DNA from: Nitrospinaceae bacterium
GTDB taxonomy: Bacteria > Nitrospinota > Nitrospinia > Nitrospinales > VA-1
DNA length: 23,866 nucleotides
Direction of reading: 5' to 3'
NCBI GenBank assembly: GCA_046754465.1
Contig: JBHHVU010000048.1
Location: 1-23,866, forward strand
The notes under the pieces are model-generated. The model did not search any database, had not been told where the DNA came from, and saw nothing but the letters and a program-made list of their open reading frames with translations. The position numbers and the translations under genes are program-made. Below are positions 18,539 to 23,866 of the stretch, piece by piece (the first letter of the stretch is position 1; every line of letters starts with the position of its first letter).

Positions 18539-19882
18539 TCATACGGCTTTCCTGGGATCGAAGGCGTTGCGGATTCCCTCCCCCACAAAGGTCAGCAGGG
18601 TGAGGGCTACCGTGAGCAGGGTGAAAGTGGGCAGGAGGATCCAGATGGCCTGCAGATTGTTCTTCCCCTGCGCCAGGAGTTCGCCCATGCTTGGCGCCGG
18701 GCTGGGAACGCCGAGGTTGAGGTAGTCGAGACTCACCAGGGCCAGAATCCCCGCCGTCACCTCGAAGGGAAAAAACGTGACCACCGGCGTGAGGGCGTTG
18801 GGGAGGATGTGCCGGCGCATGATCCCAAAATTAGTGACCCCCATGGCCTTGGCCGCTTTCACGAATTCAAAATTGCGGATTTTTAAAAATTCCGCGCGGA
18901 TATACGCCGCGATGCCCATCCAGGCGGTGAGATTCAATATGACGAAAAGGATAAGCGCCGACGGAACCAGAAAGGAGCTCAGGATGATCAGAATATACAG
19001 TCGGGGGATGGAACCCCATATTTCGGTGAGTCGCTGGCCCATCAGGTCCACCCACCCGCCGAAAAAACCCTGGAGCCCGCCAATGAAACATCCCAGAATC
19101 GTCCCGGTGATGGCCAGGGACAGGCCGAAGATCATCGATATCCGGAATCCATAAACCAAACGGGCGAGAACGTCCCTTCCCCGGTCGTCGGTTCCCAGGT
19201 AATGACCGTCCACCATGGAGGATTCGGCATAGCCCTCTCCCCCACGGGCGGGAGTGCGGTAGGGAGCGGCCAGGACGATGGTCCCCGTTTCGGACCGTGA
19301 GGGAATGTATTTGTAATCGTAGCGGATGGGGGGCCAGATCATCCAGAAATCCCGGGGCCCGGCACGGACCGTTCCCGCGCCGCCGGAAGCCGGAGAAACG
19401 AGTGGGACCGCCTGATCCGTCCCGCTTTCCAGGCTCCCGGATTCTTCTTCCTCAAAATCCTCCAGCCCGAGGGGGAAGGAATGTTCTTTTTCCTTCATGC
19501 CGTTGGGAGGGGAGGGCGTTTCCGTGTCCTCCTCGAAATCTCCCAGCCCCAAGGAAAATTCCGGTGAATTTTCATCAAAATCGCCCAACAACTCTTTTCC
19601 CGGCCGGCCGGCAACCTCCCCTTTCAACAGGCGGAGAAAACTTTCGGATTTGTAATCCGGTTCGCTCGGCAGGCTCCCCCCGAAGTCTTTTTCGCTGTAA
19701 GTGAAGAGGATCGGGAAATAGGGCTTGCCGTCAACAACGAGAAGGATTGGCCGCACATTGCATATCCATTCGGCGGGCAGCGTCACCAGGAAAAGCGCGA
19801 GAAGCACGATAAAACTGAAGTAGGCGCGCCGGTCGTTCCGGAACCTTTTCAGTTTGACAATGGTGTCTTTTTTCAACGGCAT
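18539..19882 (-). CDS. yejE: Peptide ABC transporter permease, YejE-like, with a long acidic insertion
   Basis: RFRNDRRAYFS, YSEKDFGG, WMIWPPIRY, LGTDDRGRDVLARLVYGFRIS, EAA loop FVKAAKAMG..IMRRHILPNA, LDYLNLG, GEGIRNAFDPR. Confidence 0.88.
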   Translation of the reverse strand: MPLKKDTIVKLKRFRNDRRAYFSFIVLLALFLVTLPAEWICNVRPILLVVDGKPYFPILFTYSEKDFGGSLPSEPDYKSESFLRLLKGEVAGRPGKELLGDFDENSPEFSLGLGDFEEDTETPSPPNGMKEKEHSFPLGLEDFEEEESGSLESGTDQAVPLVSPASGGAGTVRAGPRDFWMIWPPIRYDYKYIPSRSETGTIVLAAPYRTPARGGEGYAESSMVDGHYLGTDDRGRDVLARLVYGFRISMIFGLSLAITGTILGCFIGGLQGFFGGWVDLMGQRLTEIWGSIPRLYILIILSSFLVPSALILFVILNLTAWMGIAAYIRAEFLKIRNFEFVKAAKAMGVTNFGIMRRHILPNALTPVVTFFPFEVTAGILALVSLDYLNLGVPSPAPSMGELLAQGKNNLQAIWILLPTFTLLTVALTLLTFVGEGIRNAFDPRKAV

Positions 19883-19891
19883 GGAATGGGT

Positions 19892-21031
19892 TTATCCCTG
19901 TGATTCTTCGAAGGAGATGCGGCGGTCGATGAGGACATAAGAAAGATCCGTCAACAACTGGCCGACGAGCGCCATCAGGGAGAATATGAAAAGCGATCCC
20001 AGGACGATGGGATAATCCCGCTGGATGACCGCCTGGTAGGAAAGCAGGCCCAGTCCGTCCAGGGTGAATATCTGTTCCAATAGCAGCGACCCGGTGAAGA
20101 ACATGGCCAGGAACCCGATGGGGAAGCCGGTCACCAGCGGGATCAGCGAATTTTTCAAAATGTGTTTAAACAGAACCGTTTTCTCGGGCAGCCCCTTGGC
20201 CCGGGCGGTGAGGACATATTGTTTTTTCATTTCCTCCAGAATCGCGTTTTTCGTGAGCATGGTAAGCGTGGCGAAACCTCCGAGAACGTAGCAAAGAAGC
20301 GGCGCCGCCAGATGGTGCAGGTAGTCCGTCAGTTTATGCCAGAAAGACCAGGTTTCGTAACCGGGGGTTCCGGCGGAGGTGAGCCCGGCCAGGGGTATCA
20401 GGTGGGCGATGGCCCCGTCGCCCGGACCGAAAAACACGATCAGAAAAATTCCCAGGACGAATCCGGGAACACTGTAACCGACCAGGACGATAAAACTGGT
20501 GGCGGTATCGAATTTTGATTCGTTCTTGACGGCCTTGGCGATTCCCAGAACGATGCAGACCATATAGGTCATGAAAAAACTCGTGACCCCCAGGGAGGCG
20601 GAAACGGGCAATTTTTCCTTGATGAGGGCCAGGACGGATTTGTTCCGGTAAAATGAATTGCCGAATTTGAAGACGAGAAATCCCTCCCAGTTGTTACGAT
20701 CCAAAAGGTTTTCGAGGAGGGGGCCGCCGGCATTTTGCGGGGCGTACCAGAGGAAAGTGCGCAGGTACCGCTCCCACAAGGGCCGATCGAGATGATAGAT
20801 CTTTTTGAGCTGCTCCATGTATTTCGGGTCGAGTTCTCCCGGTTTGCGGCCGGGTGCGGCCAGGGCGCCTCCTCCGGCTTCGGAAAGCACACCCGCGTGG
20901 CCCCGGAGAAGCGACTTCATCTGGTCGATGGGGCCGCCCGGAACGAACTGCACCACGAGGAAGGTGATGGTGATGATCCCGATCAGGGTGGGAAACATCA
21001 GGAGAAGGCGCCGGATGATGTAACTGATCAT
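19892..21031 (-). CDS. yejB: Peptide ABC transporter permease, YejB-like
   Basis: YIIRRLLLMFPTLIGI..FLVVQFVPGGPI, EKLPVS, LGIAKAVKN, DYLHHL, LTKN..LEE..KQYVLTARAKG, TGSLLLEQIFTLDGLG, RDYP. Confidence 0.9.
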   Translation of the reverse strand: MISYIIRRLLLMFPTLIGIITITFLVVQFVPGGPIDQMKSLLRGHAGVLSEAGGGALAAPGRKPGELDPKYMEQLKKIYHLDRPLWERYLRTFLWYAPQNAGGPLLENLLDRNNWEGFLVFKFGNSFYRNKSVLALIKEKLPVSASLGVTSFFMTYMVCIVLGIAKAVKNESKFDTATSFIVLVGYSVPGFVLGIFLIVFFGPGDGAIAHLIPLAGLTSAGTPGYETWSFWHKLTDYLHHLAAPLLCYVLGGFATLTMLTKNAILEEMKKQYVLTARAKGLPEKTVLFKHILKNSLIPLVTGFPIGFLAMFFTGSLLLEQIFTLDGLGLLSYQAVIQRDYPIVLGSLFIFSLMALVGQLLTDLSYVLIDRRISFEESQG

Positions 21032-21082
21032 GGTCGATTCCTGCGATGGTTTCTCTCTTGAATTTCAAAGGACAGAAACTGT

Positions 21083-21151
21083 AAATCCCCCTGACCGCCT
21101 TTAAAAAGGGGGAAGAGGCTCCCCCTTCCCTGAAGGGGGCGGGGGGGATTT
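21083..21151. repeat. REP-like branched palindromic element
   Basis: Outer arms AAATCCCCC / GGGGGATTT enclose two hairpins, CCTTT-AA-AAAGG and CCCCCTTC-CCT-GAAGGGGG; intergenic between yejA and yejB. Confidence 0.7.
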
Positions 21152-21260
21152 TCGATCTTCGTTTATCTGCATAAAACTTCGTACTTTTGCAAAGCTCTCC
21201 TCTTCAAGAGGGCCAGTGGAATTTCCCTCATTCCACGGTTGCACGGCTGAAGCAGTTTCC

Positions 21261-23138
21261 TTACAACAAAGGTTTTCCCGCAGCCCGGGCTTTTTTAAGT
21301 TTTGCGGCCTTACCCGTGTCCCACCACCACCATTCGATGATGTTGTTCAGTATGGATGCCTGGGAGGGATTGATTTTGGGACGGGAAAATTTGTTCCAGT
21401 AAACCACGCGGTCATAGGCGATATACCAATGGGGAACGACGTAGAACTGGTGCGTCAGTATCCGGTCCATGGCCTGGATGAGGGTGATCAGCTCTTTTCG
21501 TGTTTTCGCCCGGACGATCCTTTCGATCAAATCGTCGATGGCCGGATTCTCGATTCCCATGTAATTGCGGCTTCCCGGCGTTTTCGCGGCCTCACTGCCC
21601 CACATGTACCGCTGTTCGTTGCCGGGGGAACGGCTTTGGGGATATCCCACGACGATCATGCCGAATTTGAAATTGCGCAAACGCTCTTCGTACTCGGCGA
21701 TCTGGACCGTTTTGATGTCCATGTCCACGCCGATTTTTTTCAGGTTACTTTTATAGGGTTCGGAAATCCGCATGAAATCCGGGCTCACCAGGAGCAACAA
21801 AAAGTTCAGGCGTATGCCATTTTTTTCCCGGATTCCGTCCGCACCCACTTTCCACCCGGCCGAGTCCAGCAGCATGTTGGCGACCTGGATATTTTTTTCG
21901 ACAGGGAGACCCTCTCCCGGCGCGCCGACGGGTTTGGTGAAAACGGTTTTCGGAACGAATGCCTTATACTTTTCCCGCAATTTCATGAGAAGTTTTTTTA
22001 CCTCCCCCCGGGGCAGCCCCTGGGCTTTCATTTCCGGGTTGTTGTCGAAGTAACACTCGCTGCGGGTGTATTGTCCGTAAAAAAGATTTTTGTTGCTCCA
22101 TTGAAAATCGAACACCATGGCGATGGCGGCGCGGACCTTGCGAGATTGGAAAATATCGTTTCGCATGTTCATGGCAAAACCCTGCATTCCCGCCACACGC
22201 TTGTGCGGGATTTCTTCGCGGATGTAATACCCTTTTTTCACGAAGTCCCCTTTGTAATCCAGCGCCCAGTTCCTGGAACTGTTGACCAACTCCACGTCAA
22301 ACTCCCCGCCCTTGAACCCTTCGCGCCGGGCGACGGGATCGAGGAAGATTTTCCAGGTGATGGAATCGAAGTTGTACCGGCCCCGGTTTTTGGGAAGGTT
22401 CCTGGCCCACCATTTTGGATTCCGTTTGAGGGTGATGTATTTCCCGAATTCATACCGGTCCACCACATAAGGACCGCTGCCGATGGCCATGTTGTCGAAA
22501 TCCCTTCCAAAGGAATTTCCCGGCTTCCCGTAAATGTGTTTGGGGAAAATGGGCATCTGCCCGGTGATCAAGGGAAGTTCCTGATTGAAGATGGCAAAAT
22601 AGTATTTCACGGTATGGGGGCCGATTTTTTCGACTTTTTTGATATCCTTGAAATATTGCTTGAAGATGGGGTGATATTCCGGGTCCTTGATGAGTTCGAA
22701 GGAAAAAACGAAATCGTCCGCGGTCACCGGATGCCCATCCGAAAAGGCGGCATTTTTGTACAGGGTATAGACCATCGACATGCGGTCATCGGCCAGGTCG
22801 ACTTTTTCCACGAGGTTGCCATACTGGGAAAAGGGTTCGTCATCATCCGTGGAACTGTCCATGGGAGTCTGGAACACCAGGGCGGCGATGCCGGGGGCGG
22901 TCACTCCTTTCAGGGAAGCCGGGTTCAGCTTGGTGAACGCGCCCATGTCCGACAAGACCAGGTGCCCGCCCTTGGGGGCGCCGGGGCGGGCGTAGTCGTA
23001 AGGTTGATCCGCTTTGTATTTCAGCCCCGCCGGTCCGTAAAGAGACAGCCCGTGCATGGGAGCGGCCCCCGCGGGGGCGGCGGTCAGGAATGAAAAAATG
23101 AAGATGAGGAAAGAATTTCTAATCTTGATGGGAATCAT
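21261..23138 (-). CDS. yejA: Extracellular solute-binding protein family 5, YejA-like
   Basis: Signal peptide MIPIKIRNSFLIFIFSFLTAAPAGA, HGLSLYG..LKY, PGAPKGG, FSDGHPVTADD, GSGPY, RGRYNFD, FDFQWSNKNLFYGQYTR, SPGNEQR..WGS, ALDR-like AMDRIL, WW end. Start ATG 23138 preferred over 23204. Confidence 0.9.
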   Translation of the reverse strand: MIPIKIRNSFLIFIFSFLTAAPAGAAPMHGLSLYGPAGLKYKADQPYDYARPGAPKGGHLVLSDMGAFTKLNPASLKGVTAPGIAALVFQTPMDSSTDDDEPFSQYGNLVEKVDLADDRMSMVYTLYKNAAFSDGHPVTADDFVFSFELIKDPEYHPIFKQYFKDIKKVEKIGPHTVKYYFAIFNQELPLITGQMPIFPKHIYGKPGNSFGRDFDNMAIGSGPYVVDRYEFGKYITLKRNPKWWARNLPKNRGRYNFDSITWKIFLDPVARREGFKGGEFDVELVNSSRNWALDYKGDFVKKGYYIREEIPHKRVAGMQGFAMNMRNDIFQSRKVRAAIAMVFDFQWSNKNLFYGQYTRSECYFDNNPEMKAQGLPRGEVKKLLMKLREKYKAFVPKTVFTKPVGAPGEGLPVEKNIQVANMLLDSAGWKVGADGIREKNGIRLNFLLLLVSPDFMRISEPYKSNLKKIGVDMDIKTVQIAEYEERLRNFKFGMIVVGYPQSRSPGNEQRYMWGSEAAKTPGSRNYMGIENPAIDDLIERIVRAKTRKELITLIQAMDRILTHQFYVVPHWYIAYDRVVYWNKFSRPKINPSQASILNNIIEWWWWDTGKAAKLKKARAAGKPLL

Positions 23139-23331
23139 GGCGGCGTTGGGTTGAGGGTTTCCTGTTGATGGTTGCCTGGATAGTTTAACACTCCCTCCCT
23201 TCATGAAAAATCATTTTTGAGTCCGGGACCGGCAAGGGCGCTCCGCGCGTCGCCCTTCCCCCATTGTCCCCGCGCGCCCGGTCTGGTAAATTGGAATGGC
23301 AAAAAATTTGTTTCCACGGGAGAACGAGTGA

Positions 23332-23866
23332 ATGCGAGCGCGGTATCTTGACATGAAGCCATCCGAATTGGAGTCCCGGGCCGATGCGGCCTGGGAGATT
23401 TACCGGCGGTGCCGCGTGTGTCCGCACGCCTGCGAGGTGGACCGGACGGATGGGGGCAGGGGGGTGTGCGGGCAGGGCGACCGGCTCACGGTCGGTTCCT
23501 GCGTGGCCCATTTCGGGGAGGAGCCCCCTTTCACCGGCACGCGCGGCGTGGGAAATATTTTCGTGACCTCCTGCAACCTGCGCTGCGAATTTTGCCAGAA
23601 CTACCAGATTTCCCAGGATCGGATGGGTGTGGAACTTTCATTCCAGCAGGTGGCGGACGAGATGCTCAGGCTTCAGGATAAAGGGGTGCACTTTATCGGC
23701 TGGGTTTCGCCATCGCACGTGGTCCCCGCACTGCTCAAGAGCCTGGCGGGGGCAAGGAAAAGGGGCCTTACGCTTCCCATCATTTATAATACCAACGGCT
23801 ACGATGCCCTCCCGACGCTCAAACTGCTGGACGGGATCATCAATATCTATCTTCCAGACTTGAAAT
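23332..23866 (+). CDS. pflX: Radical SAM protein, PflX family (putative PFL-activase-like); 3' end outside the window
   Basis: My translation from ATG 23332 (GGAG at 23319-23322, in-frame TGA just upstream): MRARYLDMKPSELESRADAAWEIYRRCRVCPHACEVDR...HFGEEPPFTGTRGVGNIFVTSCNLRCEFCQNYQISQ...PIIYNTNGYD...INIYLPDLK; CX3CX2C plus an N-terminal CX2CX3C. Confidence 0.9.
   Translation, partial: MRARYLDMKPSELESRADAAWEIYRRCRVCPHACEVDRTDGGRGVCGQGDRLTVGSCVAHFGEEPPFTGTRGVGNIFVTSCNLRCEFCQNYQISQDRMGVELSFQQVADEMLRLQDKGVHFIGWVSPSHVVPALLKSLAGARKRGLTLPIIYNTNGYDALPTLKLLDGIINIYLPDLK

Noticed and set aside
21216..23093. 625-aa plus-strand ORF antisense to yejA
   Set aside because: It mirrors yejA almost exactly, has no recognisable motif or SD, and has shadow-ORF composition. 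Long antisense frames are expected from codon bias in GC-rich genes.
23135..23191. Minus-strand GTG-initiated 18-codon uORF ending in an ATGA overlap with the yejA start
   Set aside because: The GGAGG lies only 2 nt from the GTG, too close for efficient initiation, and there is no other support.
23297..23311. Sigma54-like TGGCAAAAAATTTGT upstream of pflX
   Set aside because: The -12 element is GT rather than GC, and the implied start site would fall at or after the SD.

Overview
Bacterial chromosomal segment of moderately high GC, mostly cell-envelope and housekeeping genes. Gene content and style suggest a Gram-negative Nitrospinota/deltaproteobacteria-like organism (inference only). Order: wcaJ-like phosphoglycosyltransferase-kdsB-pyrG (+); CBS-pair protein and a lone lptF-type permease (-); lipA and a soluble lytic transglycosylase with a sigma54-type promoter (+); GT4-asnB-GT4 polysaccharide modification genes, monofunctional proline dehydrogenase and a DUF3568-like lipoprotein with a sigma54-type promoter (-); a ~700 bp AT-rich intergenic region containing an unannotated 28-aa membrane micro-protein ORF; GH15 hydrolase and a YejABE-like peptide ABC transporter with a fused dual ATPase (-); and a PflX-type radical SAM gene cut by the window end (+), missing from the ORF track. 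I see no rRNA, tRNA, CRISPR array, transposase or prophage gene, and cannot claim a clearly new multi-gene system. The best leads are the micro-protein locus with its coupled uORF and twin hairpins, the signal-less sigma54 transglycosylase, the ~90-aa acidic repeat insertion in the YejE-like permease, and a REP-like cloverleaf between yejA and yejB.
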